Below are positions 28,949-38,741 of a DNA stretch of 64,000 nt, one piece after another. This DNA is from Pseudomonadota bacterium (GTDB lineage Bacteria; Myxococcota; JACRCW01; JAFGSX01). Every line of letters starts with the position of its first letter. Position 1 is the first letter of the stretch. The notes beneath the pieces are model-generated. The model was not told the origin of the DNA, did no database searches, and saw only the letters and a program-made list of their open reading frames with translations. A program made the translations under genes and the position numbers. The stretch spans positions 97,069 through 161,068 of the forward strand of contig JBDRCO010000072.1 of NCBI GenBank assembly GCA_043821645.1, written 5' to 3'.

Positions 28949-30859
28949 TCAGGCTCCTGCCTCCGGACGCTCGCTGCGCGGTCGACGACGCAGGCCTGCC
29001 AGCGCCAGCGCCAGCAGTCCCGATGGCGCCGAGGGAAAGCCCTCGCGGCAGCTACAGCCGCGGGCGACCACCGTCGAGAGTTTCTGACTGTCCGTCGTGA
29101 CAGGGGCGTCCGCGATCGCACCTCCCTCGACGACGCTGGCCGCGTCCTCGCGGCTTCCATCAACCGCGGCAACATCCGCCCCCATGGCCTGATCCGCGGC
29201 GAGCAGATCGGCCCGGGCAGTGTCGAGAGGGGAGGCGTCGCCGACGACCTGTGCATCACCGGCCATGGCTGCATCACCTGCGGGCGAAGCATCGGCAAGC
29301 GGTGCACTGTCCACCCTGGCGACGTCGGCCGCGGTCGCAGCATCGGACAGGGCTCCCGAGTCCGCCACCGTTCCTGCATCCGTTCCTGCGTCCCCGGACA
29401 GACCGGCATCCTCGACCGCCTGTGCATCGAGGTTAGAAGTCGCGTCTCGCAGCGGCCCCGCGTCTGTCCCGGGTGGCAGGTACTCGTAGGCGCCCAGGTC
29501 CTCGACGCCCTCCTGCGGCCGCGGCACGCGGTCCCTGTCGTCGACGGGGGCCAGGACGGACGAGCCTACATTGCGCGCCGGGCTGCTGGGGATCAGGTGC
29601 AGGTCCCCGCCCAGGTAGTTGACGAAGTACGCGTCGACGTCGCTGATCAGAGCGTTGTGGTCCTCGGTCACATCCTGGCCGGCGGCGATGCTGAGCGCGG
29701 TGGTCAGGTTGTTCCGCACCACGCAGCCCGTGCTCGCCGTGCCGTCCTTGTGCAGGCCGATGCTGATCCAGGGCGGGCCTGGGGTCGTGTCGTTGAGGTC
29801 GAGCACGGTGTTGTTGACGATGCGGCTGTTGCGGGCACCGAGCAGGGTGATGCCATGCCAGTGATCGGTGAGGATGACATTGTTCTCGATCACCCAGTCG
29901 ACGAAGAAGCCGTCGAAGCAGCCTATGCCCTGCAGGGTGCCGCGAAAGGGCTGGTTGGGGTCCGTGTAGTTGATGATGGTATTTCCGCGCAGGGTGATGC
30001 CGACGACCTCGCCAGTGCCGACGCCACCAGGGCCCACGGACCAGGACTGAAAGCCGTCGTCGTGGTTGGCATTGACGTCGTAGCAGTTCTTGACCGTGTT
30101 GTACTGAAAGGTGTCGTGGTCGCCCAGGCCGCGCAGGCCGTCACCGGCGAAGTTCTCGATCACGTTACCCTCGACCAGGCCTCGCGCGCCGCTCACGGTG
30201 ATGCCGAAATTGACGTTGAGCAGGTGATTGTCCCGCGCCACGCAGTCGTCGCCGGACACGCTGATGCCATTGCAGGCCAGGTTGTTCCAGTCGTCTAGGG
30301 TCCAGGCCGAGGTGTCGCGCACGCTGAACAGCTCGCAGCCTTCGATGACGACATCGTGGGCGGGCCCGCTGTAGTTGTGCGAGGTCACTTCGACCAGGTG
30401 CACGGTGGTGTAGCTGGCGTCGTGACTGGGGCTGATGGAGACGCCGCGCAGGAGCCAGTTGGCCGAGGCCACGATGCGGGCGCGCCTGAGCTGCGGGCTA
30501 TGCCCGGGTTCGGCAGCGATGGTGACCAGGGCGCTGTTGTACATGCGAAGCAGGTCGAGCTCGCCGTGGTAGCCCGAGCGCAGCCAGATCGTGTCGCCGG
30601 CCTTCACCGGTGCGCCGACGTTGCGCGGCACCAGGGTCGAGCTCGCCGTGTAGGGCAAGGCATCCCAGGTCCGTGTCTCGACAAGGTCGTCGGCGATCAC
30701 CTCCTGCAGGGTGCGCCAGGGGTGCGCCGCGCTGCCATCGTTGCCAGGATCGCCAGTGGCAGGGTCGACGTAGAACTCCTCGGCGCGTGCGGCTGGAACC
30801 AGGAGCAGGACCACACCGAGCAGAACGATCGCGGATGGCCGGGTTCCGGAGCAGCGCAT
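28949..30859 (-). CDS. Secreted right-handed parallel beta-helix (pectin-lyase-fold) protein with MYXO-CTERM-like tail
   Basis: Signal peptide, YVDP..G.P.NDGS.AHPWRTL, Asn-ladder repeats, DLGAYEY, tail GCSC...LLALALAGLRRR. Confidence 0.85.
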   Translation of the reverse strand: MRCSGTRPSAIVLLGVVLLLVPAARAEEFYVDPATGDPGNDGSAAHPWRTLQEVIADDLVETRTWDALPYTASSTLVPRNVGAPVKAGDTIWLRSGYHGELDLLRMYNSALVTIAAEPGHSPQLRRARIVASANWLLRGVSISPSHDASYTTVHLVEVTSHNYSGPAHDVVIEGCELFSVRDTSAWTLDDWNNLACNGISVSGDDCVARDNHLLNVNFGITVSGARGLVEGNVIENFAGDGLRGLGDHDTFQYNTVKNCYDVNANHDDGFQSWSVGPGGVGTGEVVGITLRGNTIINYTDPNQPFRGTLQGIGCFDGFFVDWVIENNVILTDHWHGITLLGARNSRIVNNTVLDLNDTTPGPPWISIGLHKDGTASTGCVVRNNLTTALSIAAGQDVTEDHNALISDVDAYFVNYLGGDLHLIPSSPARNVGSSVLAPVDDRDRVPRPQEGVEDLGAYEYLPPGTDAGPLRDATSNLDAQAVEDAGLSGDAGTDAGTVADSGALSDAATAADVARVDSAPLADASPAGDAAMAGDAQVVGDASPLDTARADLLAADQAMGADVAAVDGSREDAASVVEGGAIADAPVTTDSQKLSTVVARGCSCREGFPSAPSGLLALALAGLRRRPRSERPEAGA

Positions 30860-30931
30860 GGGGCCTCCGTGGCACACAAGGCCCGAGTATAACGTTCTGT
30901 CGACGGTTGGGCGACGCGGCAAGGCCCGTGC

Positions 30932-32482
30932 TCAGCCCCGATACTCCCAGTGCCAGTGCTCCGACGGGATGCGCGAGAAGCCGAAGCGGTGGCCGTTGCG
31001 GGCCAGCCAGTTGTAGACCGCGCCCGTGCCCTGGCTGCGGCTCACGCCCTGGGTGTTCAGGTCCAGGGCAATGCCACTTTGGTGGTTGGAGTAACCCGGA
31101 GGTGCTGCCGGGTTGAAACCGGGCAGGCGGTTGACCCAGCCGTTGTACAGGTACTGCTGCTCGGACATGGTCCTGAAGCCCGAGATGAGCGCGATGTTCA
31201 CGCCGTCCTTGCGCGCGGCGGCCTTCATTTTCAGGTAGGCGCGCGCCGTGTCCTTCTCGACCAGCTCGCCCTCGATGGGCACGACCTTGATGTTCCGGGA
31301 CACGCCATTGACGTAGCCGGTGGCCGCACGCACCGGCAAGCCGTGAATGGGATCGCGCTGCGCCTTCTCGACCCGCTTGAGCGCCTTGAGCGTGGCCTGG
31401 CCCACGCCGTTGCCCTTGCCGTCGAGGTGGTGCTTCTGCCGGAAGCGATCCAGGGCGCGCTGGGTGCCCTCGGTGTACAGGCCGTCGACCTTGCCCGGAT
31501 GGAAGCCGACCTTCTTAAGCAGCTGCTCGGTGCGCTTGACCGCGGCCGAGTGCTCGCCGATGCGCTGGTGTGGCGAGGTGGCGCTCTTCGCTTCCAGCGT
31601 CGCCCTGGACAGGCGATTCCAGGTGGCGGCGTCGACGCGGCCGCTGACCTCGAGACCGGTCTTGCGCTGGAACTCCTTGACCATGCCCTCGGTGCGGTCG
31701 TCAAACATTCCATCCTTGCGCTGCGGATCAAAACCCGCGGCCTTGAGGTGACCCTGCACCACCTGCACGGCGCGGCTCTTGTCACCGCGACCGAGGCCAC
31801 CGCTGCCGTCGGCGTGCTGCTGGGCGGCGGCCCGCTCGACGATGCGATCGCTGCGGCGGCGCGCGTCCGAGGGCTTGACCCGCGCGCGATGGGGCGCGTG
31901 GTTGAGCGCTGCAGTCTCGTGCCGCAACACCGAACGACTGTTATTGCCGAGCAGGCCGCTCTTGGCTTGCCGCCTGAGCTCGGGCTGGTCGCGCTTGAAG
32001 GCCTTGACTGCGTCGGCGGTCTGGCCGTCGAACACGCCGTCGACCTTGCCCACGTCGTAACCCAAGCGGCGCATGCGTTGCTCGAGCTTCTCGATGTGCT
32101 CGCCCTTCTGGCCACGCCCCACCTTGCCATTGTGCTCGCGCTTGGCGGTGCGCGCGCGCTCGTTGACCTTGCCCAGCTTGTTCAGGGTCGCACTGGTGAT
32201 GCGACCGTCTGCCGTCAGGCCCATGGAGGTCTGGAACTCCTTGAGCGCGTCCTGGGTCAAGCGCGTGTACTTTCCATCGACCTTGCCTGGCTTGAATCCC
32301 GCGCCCTTGAGCAGGCGCTCGGCTTTGCGCACGGTGGCGGGCTCGTACACATCTGCGGGATTCGTCTCGGCCGGGGGTGTGGGTTCGGTGGGCGGGGCCG
32401 CTGCTGGAGGCTGGCTGCTCGCTGCCGCAGGCTGGCGTGCCGCGCGGATGCCGCGAGTAGTCGAAGAAGTGGTGGCCACCAT
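30932..32482 (-). CDS. Four peptidoglycan-binding domains plus M15-family (VanY-like) peptidase
   Basis: Four G.VDG.F...T..A...FQ-type PG-binding repeats; SGFRT, AAPPGYSNHQSGIALD and EHWHW Zn motifs; AAGGAG RBS. Confidence 0.9.
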   Translation of the reverse strand: MVATTSSTTRGIRAARQPAAASSQPPAAAPPTEPTPPAETNPADVYEPATVRKAERLLKGAGFKPGKVDGKYTRLTQDALKEFQTSMGLTADGRITSATLNKLGKVNERARTAKREHNGKVGRGQKGEHIEKLEQRMRRLGYDVGKVDGVFDGQTADAVKAFKRDQPELRRQAKSGLLGNNSRSVLRHETAALNHAPHRARVKPSDARRRSDRIVERAAAQQHADGSGGLGRGDKSRAVQVVQGHLKAAGFDPQRKDGMFDDRTEGMVKEFQRKTGLEVSGRVDAATWNRLSRATLEAKSATSPHQRIGEHSAAVKRTEQLLKKVGFHPGKVDGLYTEGTQRALDRFRQKHHLDGKGNGVGQATLKALKRVEKAQRDPIHGLPVRAATGYVNGVSRNIKVVPIEGELVEKDTARAYLKMKAAARKDGVNIALISGFRTMSEQQYLYNGWVNRLPGFNPAAPPGYSNHQSGIALDLNTQGVSRSQGTGAVYNWLARNGHRFGFSRIPSEHWHWEYRG

Positions 32483-32619
32483 GGCGGACTCCTTGTTCGA
32501 GGACGTCCGGGGTATCGGTGGGTCTATGTGCGCAGGTGTGGGATTCGGGGTCGGTCAACGGGTGGTCCGCCACATGACCGATGCTTCCGTGATCGCCCAG
32601 ATATCCGCGAATTTCTGGC

Positions 32620-33477
32620 TCAATCGAAATCCAGCCAAAGCACGGTGTCGGCGTCGCGGACCACCGGGCCAGGGACAAAGGACTGGCGGTGGCGGACCAC
32701 CTTCGAAATGTGGACCTCATCGATCTCGCCCAAGAAGGGCGTGCGCAGACCCGTGTCCCCCTGGGGGCTGCGACACAACCACAGGCTGTCCACGGCATGG
32801 GCCACCCCCTCTCCTGCAGGCCACTGGCCACCCGCGGTGGCGCGCTCGCCGTCGATGTACAGGTTGGTGCGCACCACACCGTCGGGCTGGGTCTCCACCG
32901 ACGCGGCCAGGTGATGCCAGGTGCCGGGCTCGACCGGGTGCAGCCACCCCATGCCCCGTCCGCCGTTGACTTGACCCTCGCGCAGACGGTGGCTCTTGAA
33001 GCTCACGGTGCGGTAGGTGCGCCCCACGCCGTCACCCAGCTCGACGTGAAAGTCGTCCTCGCGGGTGTCGCGGCGTGGCGCCACCAGCAGGTCCACCGGC
33101 CGCGAGCCCAGGTCGCCCACGGCAGCGGGCCTGAACCAGAACTCCACGCTCAGGGCCTGGGTACCGTCAAGGGCAGCGTCGAGATCCAGCTGCATGCCGT
33201 CGATGCCATCGCAGCGGAGCGACTGACCCGAGGGCGCCCGCGGCGGCGACCCAGGCAGCACCAGCGCCTCGGCCACGGCGACCTTAGGCGCCCCTGACCC
33301 AACGCGACGCCCGGATAGTCGCGGCGCCTCAGCGCGCTGCAGGGCGCCGGTGACGACGGGAGCGGGGAGATCCTGCGCGGGCCCGGGCGGCAACCAGCCC
33401 TGCTCGCACTGCTCGCCACTGCCGGCGAGGGCCATGGTCAGCACGAGCACAAGGCGAACCATCGATGCCGATTTCAT
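32620..33477 (-). CDS. LamG-like jellyroll protein
   Basis: SVEFWFRP, GTWHHLA, LYIDG, FLGEIDEVHIS, DTVLWLDFD; N-terminal signal. Confidence 0.8.
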   Translation of the reverse strand: MKSASMVRLVLVLTMALAGSGEQCEQGWLPPGPAQDLPAPVVTGALQRAEAPRLSGRRVGSGAPKVAVAEALVLPGSPPRAPSGQSLRCDGIDGMQLDLDAALDGTQALSVEFWFRPAAVGDLGSRPVDLLVAPRRDTREDDFHVELGDGVGRTYRTVSFKSHRLREGQVNGGRGMGWLHPVEPGTWHHLAASVETQPDGVVRTNLYIDGERATAGGQWPAGEGVAHAVDSLWLCRSPQGDTGLRTPFLGEIDEVHISKVVRHRQSFVPGPVVRDADTVLWLDFD

Positions 33478-33578
33478 GACCGCACTCCTGTCTGCTGGGC
33501 AGCGTCCTCAACGCGCGATCTCCGGCCACGATCCAGCGCGCGAACAAAAAAATTGTGGACCGAGGGTGTGGTCAAAGG

Positions 33579-33722
33579 TGCGTAAGCTTTTACGCAGTGG
33601 CGTGTAAACGGCTTCCCGATCCAGCGCTGGGCGCGACCCGGCACCATTTTGTGTTCTTAACTAATTGTTATTAAACGTGAATACAGTACGTCGCGCCGCC
33701 AAATGGTGGTCCAGGTCTTGCG
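33579..33722 (+). promoter_or_regulatory. Enhancer palindrome + IHF-like site + sigma54 promoter
   Basis: TGCGTAA-N4-TTACGCA (33579-33596); TAACAATTAGTTA on the minus strand (33658-33670; 1 mismatch to WATCAANNNNTTR); TGGTCCAGGTCTTGCG (33707-33722). Confidence 0.65.
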
Positions 33723-33735
33723 AGCAAACGCGCAC

Positions 33736-34815
33736 ATGTCCATGAACACCTATCTCAATCCGACCCAGCTGGCCGCGGATCGCACAGCGGTCATGCTCAA
33801 CATCAACGCCAAGAAGGTCACCTCGCGGGTGGTGGATCGCGTGGCCCAGGTGGTGCCGCACACCGACCTGTTCCTGTCGCGCTCCTTTGACGATGCTCGC
33901 AAGCAGGTCGAGACCGTGGTGGCGCGAGGCTACGGCCGCGTGCTCGCCGGCGGTGGCGACGGTACCCTGGTGACGCTGATCAATCTCATCGATCGCACCA
34001 TTCGACGCTGCCTGGATCGCGGCCAGCAGGTACCCTTTCCCGAGATGGGCATGTTGCGCCTGGGCACGGGCAACGCCGTGGCCTCGGTGCTCGGTGCGGG
34101 TTCTCTCATTCCCGACGTGAAGAGGCACCTGCGCGGAGAGGATCAGCTCCGCGTGCAGCTCGACATGTTGCGCGTCGGCGATCAGGACACGCTGTGCCCC
34201 TTTGCCGGCATTGGCTACGACGGCGAGATCCTGGGCGACTACAACTGGGTCAAGGCGCATGCCCAGAATCCCGTGGCCAAGGCCCTGATGCAGACCTCAC
34301 TCGGCTACCTGGCCGGACTGTTCCTGCGTACCTTGCCGCGCAAGCTGGCCGAGTTCGGGCGCAACCTGCCCGAGATCGAGGTGCGCGCGCGCGGCCGCGC
34401 CTTCCGCGTCGACCACCAGGCCAACGATGCCCTGGTGCGAGCCGATGACGAGCTGCTGTACCGCGGTCCCGTGGGCTTCGCGGGCGCTGGCACGGTGCCG
34501 GTGTACGGCTTCAACTTCCGGGTGTTCCCCTTTGCCGGTCGCGTGCCTGGCCTGATGCACCTGCGCGTCACCGACGTCAGTGCGCTCACCGCCGTGGCCA
34601 ACCTGGGCGGCCTGTGGCGCGGTACCTGGCGGCATCCGCAGCTGCACGATTTCCTGGTCGAGGGTGTCGAGATCGTGGGCGATCGCCCCCTGCCCTACCA
34701 GCTCGGTGGCGACGCGGCTGGTGCGCGGGCGAACCTCGACCTACGCGTGGCCGAACAGCCCCTGGCCATGGCCGCCCTGGCCCCGCCCCGGCTGGCACTG
34801 CCCGCAGCAGCCTGA
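33736..34815 (+). CDS. Diacylglycerol/lipid kinase family protein
   Basis: GGGDGT, LRLGTGNAVA, GIGYDG, YG.NF..FPFA, YQLGGD. Start 33736/33742 preferred over 33703 because the latter overlaps the promoter candidate. Confidence 0.88.
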   Translation: MSMNTYLNPTQLAADRTAVMLNINAKKVTSRVVDRVAQVVPHTDLFLSRSFDDARKQVETVVARGYGRVLAGGGDGTLVTLINLIDRTIRRCLDRGQQVPFPEMGMLRLGTGNAVASVLGAGSLIPDVKRHLRGEDQLRVQLDMLRVGDQDTLCPFAGIGYDGEILGDYNWVKAHAQNPVAKALMQTSLGYLAGLFLRTLPRKLAEFGRNLPEIEVRARGRAFRVDHQANDALVRADDELLYRGPVGFAGAGTVPVYGFNFRVFPFAGRVPGLMHLRVTDVSALTAVANLGGLWRGTWRHPQLHDFLVEGVEIVGDRPLPYQLGGDAAGARANLDLRVAEQPLAMAALAPPRLALPAAA

Positions 34816-34925
34816 ACCCTCCGCCAGATTCGCTTTCTTCATGATAAGAAAGGTACGCGCCGTCGCGTCCCGCCCACAGCACCTGCACGCCAGCAGGAGT
34901 CCGGGCGGCAGAGGGGAGCCAACGC

Positions 34926-36035
34926 ATGACAGGCATCAAGGGACCGGCCACCGGCTACCGCATCACCCCGCACGCGCAGGACCAGGGCACAGCCCTGACC
35001 AACAAGGACGTGCACGCCTCGTCGTCGCGCGCCGGTGAAGCCAGCGCTCCCAAGGTTGCCAAGGCCCTGGACAGCGCCCTGGCCGACGGGCGACTGACCC
35101 TGCAGGAGTTCGAGGGCGGAAGGACAGAGCGCTTTTTACGCACCCTCGGCGTCGACGGCGGGTCGTCGGTGCTGGGCGCCATGCGCGACGACGGCTTGCT
35201 GGCCAAGAACCAGATCGACCCCGTGGACTACCGCGACTGCCAGCGCCTGCTCGAGCGCGCACAGCTCCCGGCGGGCCACCCCGACCACATCACCCTCGAC
35301 GCTGGCGTGCCCGAACGGCTGGGCAAGGTGGTCGACGAGTTTCAGGCACGGATGCTAAAAGGCCCGCAGGCCGGCGCCTTCATCGAGAAGATCCAGGACG
35401 AGAAACTGGGCCCGCAAAAGGTGGTCAACCAGACCGCCATGACCCTGGCCCCCGTCGACACCGGCACCTTCCTCGACCGCCTGCCGCCCGAGCGCTGGGC
35501 CGAGGAGTGCTATGACCTCAAGAGCCTGCACAACCAGGTGCTGGACCGCCAGGAGCTGCCCGACGGCGGCTACCAGGTGACCATGCTGCAGCGCATGGAG
35601 TTCGGCGACGGCGGCACCGCCACCGACATGACCAAGCGCACGGTGGTGCGCAAGTGGAGGGACGCGGACAGCGGGCAGTGGCACGCCACCGCCGAGTGGA
35701 AGGTGTACAGCTCCGATCCCACGAGCCAGATCCCGCACGCGGGATCCATGCGCATCGACACCGGGCGCATGGAGTTCAAGCCGGTGCAGAAGGACGGCCG
35801 CTGGCACACCGAGGTGCTGTTCAACAACGCCACCCAGACCAACACCGCCACCGAGGAGAAGCTGCTGGGCCTGCTGGGCAAGAACACGCCGCTCAGGCAG
35901 AACATCTCGGCCCAGCTCGGCGCCTCGCCCCTGGGTATCACGCCCTTTGCCAGCAGCGTGGTCGAGCGCTACCGCGATGTGGGCAGCGGTCAGACACCGC
36001 CGCGCTGGCAGGGCCTGGCCACCCACACCGAGTAG
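34926..36035 (+). CDS. Hypothetical protein, possible START/SRPBCC-like C-terminal fold
   Basis: Strong coding bias, GGGGAG RBS. The fold is only a guess from the beta-meander/C-terminal helix pattern. Confidence 0.65.
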   Translation: MTGIKGPATGYRITPHAQDQGTALTNKDVHASSSRAGEASAPKVAKALDSALADGRLTLQEFEGGRTERFLRTLGVDGGSSVLGAMRDDGLLAKNQIDPVDYRDCQRLLERAQLPAGHPDHITLDAGVPERLGKVVDEFQARMLKGPQAGAFIEKIQDEKLGPQKVVNQTAMTLAPVDTGTFLDRLPPERWAEECYDLKSLHNQVLDRQELPDGGYQVTMLQRMEFGDGGTATDMTKRTVVRKWRDADSGQWHATAEWKVYSSDPTSQIPHAGSMRIDTGRMEFKPVQKDGRWHTEVLFNNATQTNTATEEKLLGLLGKNTPLRQNISAQLGASPLGITPFASSVVERYRDVGSGQTPPRWQGLATHTE

Positions 36036-36145
36036 AAGGACACGCCGGCGCTTTCGGCCTGGGCTCCTGGTCGAGCCGCCCGGGTTCTGCTATCTCGGAC
36101 CGATTGGAAGGACACGCTTGCTGGCGCCGCCAACGAGGATCTCGC

Positions 36146-37576
36146 ATGACGAGACTGCTACCCAACTTCTTCCGCCGCATCGAGAATCTGTTTCATCCGG
36201 CACCCCTGTCGCCCACACGCGACGCCTCGACCACGACGGAAACCTTGCCCGAGGGCGACCGCTTCAGCCCCGATGGCCACGCCTCGCCGCTGCCTAGCAC
36301 ACAGCCGCCGGCGGGGACCGTGACATCTCCCCTGGGCGCGCGCCTGTCGGCCATGGGCGTGGGCGCACAGACCGACGTGGCGACGGTGCAGGCCCGCATC
36401 GAGACGCTGCTGGCCAGCCCCACCGAGAAGCCCCAGGAGGCCGAAGTGCTGGGGCTGCTGCGCGGCAGCGGCGGCCAGGCCCTCGATCAGCTGGTGCAGC
36501 AGCTGGACCTGTCGCGCCTGGTCGAGGCCATGGACGACCGCTGGTTCGGCCCGGACAACCGCGAGGCCCTGCTCGACCTGCTCACCGACGAGCGCGTGGG
36601 CGACCTGAGCACCGATAGCCGGGCGCGCCTGATCACCGCCCTGCAGCGCGGCGAGACCCCGCGGCAGTCCGAGCGCGCCATCGAGAGCCTTTTTCTCGCC
36701 ACCACCGGCAGCGAGCTGACCGCACTGAAGAACGCCATCGACGCCGGTGGCGATCACCGCGACCTGCTGCAGCTGCTGCACCACGACATCGACGCGGGCG
36801 GCATCCGGCGGCGCATCCTGCGCCACATCGAGGCGCAGGCTCCGGCGCGCCAGCCTGGTCGGCTCAAGGTGCTCAGCGACATCGACGACACCTTCTACGC
36901 CAACCTCAAGGACAAGCGCTTTCCGTCGAAGACGGTGTACCCGGGCGTGCGCAGCTTCTACGAGGCCCTGGCCGGTGAGCGCATGACTGGCGGCGGCGCC
37001 GAGGCGCGGGTGGGCTTCTTGACCGCGCGCCCCGAGGACCCCACGGGCCTGATCGAGGACGAGACCCTGCGCATGCTGCGCGAGCGCGGCGTCGACCAAG
37101 CCATGGTGCTCAGCGGCGATATCGGCCACGTCGTGGGCAACGAAGAGATCGCCGAGAAGAAGCGCGAGAACTTCGACCAGTTCGCGGCGCTGTATCCCGA
37201 GTACGGCTTCGTGTTCGTGGGCGACAGTGGCCAGGGCGACGCCCTGCTGGCCCAGGGCCTGACCGCGGATCACGGCGGCCAGGTGCCCGCGACCTTCATC
37301 CACGACGTGGTGGGCCTGCCGGAGACGCAGCGTGCCTCCCTGGCGGCGCAGGGGGTGATGGTCTTCGACACCTACGCCGGGGCGGCCCTGGCAGCGCACA
37401 ACAAGGGCCTCATCGGGCTGCCTGCGCTGACCAAGGTGGCCCGCGACAGCGTCGCCGAGCTCAAGGCCGTATCCTTTGGCGATGCCGCGCAACGGACTGC
37501 GCGCTTCGAGGATCTCGGCCGCGACCTCGTGGCCATCAACGCCTTGCTGCCCACAGACCAGCAGATCGTGCTCTGA
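36146..37576 (+). CDS. App1-family phosphatidate phosphatase (HAD-like, DUF2183)
   Basis: LSDIDDT (DxDxT), YPGV..FY, FLTARP, FVFVGDSGQGD, FIHDV; GAGG RBS. Confidence 0.85.
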   Translation: MTRLLPNFFRRIENLFHPAPLSPTRDASTTTETLPEGDRFSPDGHASPLPSTQPPAGTVTSPLGARLSAMGVGAQTDVATVQARIETLLASPTEKPQEAEVLGLLRGSGGQALDQLVQQLDLSRLVEAMDDRWFGPDNREALLDLLTDERVGDLSTDSRARLITALQRGETPRQSERAIESLFLATTGSELTALKNAIDAGGDHRDLLQLLHHDIDAGGIRRRILRHIEAQAPARQPGRLKVLSDIDDTFYANLKDKRFPSKTVYPGVRSFYEALAGERMTGGGAEARVGFLTARPEDPTGLIEDETLRMLRERGVDQAMVLSGDIGHVVGNEEIAEKKRENFDQFAALYPEYGFVFVGDSGQGDALLAQGLTADHGGQVPATFIHDVVGLPETQRASLAAQGVMVFDTYAGAALAAHNKGLIGLPALTKVARDSVAELKAVSFGDAAQRTARFEDLGRDLVAINALLPTDQQIVL

Positions 37577-37679
37577 GTCGACGCCCTCTCCCCCTCCCAG
37601 AAGAATCCTGTCGTCGCGCGTTGGGCTTGGCGCAGTCAACAGCTTCGCGGACAATGGCGCCACGATTCCGGGGAGGACC

Positions 37680-38618
37680 ATGACAGGCTCTTTTTCACGC
37701 GAGGACGTCCTGGCGCTCATGCCCGAGTGGGCGGACCAGGTGCTGGACATCCAGCCGCTGACTGGCGGCATTACCAACACCCTGTATCGCGTGCGCACCG
37801 GCCGCGGTGACGACGTGGTGGTGCGCCTGCACGGTGCGCGCACCGAGATCTTCATCGACCGCGACCTCGAGGTCGAGAACCTGCGAAGACTCGAAAACAC
37901 GGGTGTGACCCCAAGACTCGTCCGTTACCTGCCCGCGCAGCGCGCCACGCTGGTCGCTTTCATCCCGGGCCGTGTGCTCAAGAACCCTGACTTTCTCGAC
38001 GAGAAACTGTGGCCGGTGCTGGTCGAACCCATTCACCGTGTGCACCGCAGCGGCGTGGTCCTGCCGCGCGTGTTCGAGCCCCTGGTCGAGGTGAGACGGC
38101 TGGCACGAGTCTTCGGCGATCTCAACGTCGACTATCCGGAGTTCGACATTCCTGGCACCTTGGACAGGCTGGAGCGCCTGGCCGCGGCCGCGGCCGCCCC
38201 CGTCGACGATTACGTGGCCTGCCACAACGACCTGCTGGCCGAGAACTTCGTGCTGGCCGGCGAGGGCGAGGCTGCACGCATGCACCTCATCGACTGGGAG
38301 TACGCGGGCCAGAGCACGCCGCACTATGACCTGGCGGACATGTTCCAGGAGATAGCGGTGCCGCGCGCGATCGAGCGCGAGCTGCTGCGCCTGTACTGGC
38401 AGGACCAGGACCTGGACACAGCGATCCGCCTGTGCGACCTGCACAAGCCCTTTCCGGATATCTACTGGTTCTTGTGGAGCCTCATCCAGCGCGCGGTGTC
38501 GACGATAAACTTCGACTACTACAGCTACGGCGCCACCAAATACCGCAACGCCTGGGCCAACATCAAAGCCGCGCGCACGCTGCATGGGGTGCGCAGCGAC
38601 GGCGCACGCTCGGGCTGA
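37680..38618 (+). CDS. Choline/ethanolamine kinase family protein
   Basis: LTGGITN, IDRDLE, CHNDLLAEN, LIDWEYAG, FLWSLIQ; GGAGG RBS. Confidence 0.9.
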   Translation: MTGSFSREDVLALMPEWADQVLDIQPLTGGITNTLYRVRTGRGDDVVVRLHGARTEIFIDRDLEVENLRRLENTGVTPRLVRYLPAQRATLVAFIPGRVLKNPDFLDEKLWPVLVEPIHRVHRSGVVLPRVFEPLVEVRRLARVFGDLNVDYPEFDIPGTLDRLERLAAAAAAPVDDYVACHNDLLAENFVLAGEGEAARMHLIDWEYAGQSTPHYDLADMFQEIAVPRAIERELLRLYWQDQDLDTAIRLCDLHKPFPDIYWFLWSLIQRAVSTINFDYYSYGATKYRNAWANIKAARTLHGVRSDGARSG

Positions 38619-38741
38619 ACATGCCTCATCCAGGAAGCTCGAGAACCTCTTCGCGCTGCTCCCTAGGCAGCGCGCGCCATCCACGCCACAATGCGCAACC
38701 ACACGCGCGCCTCTGGACCTCGCGCGTCAACGGAGCTTCCC

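Noticed and set aside
30932-32482. Prophage endolysin or vancomycin-resistance VanY
   Set aside because: No phage, holin, integrase or van genes nearby.
32512-32519. sigma28-like -10 boxes (ACCGATAC here; ACCGATTG at 36099-36106)
   Set aside because: No matching -35 element at the right spacing; too weak to call.
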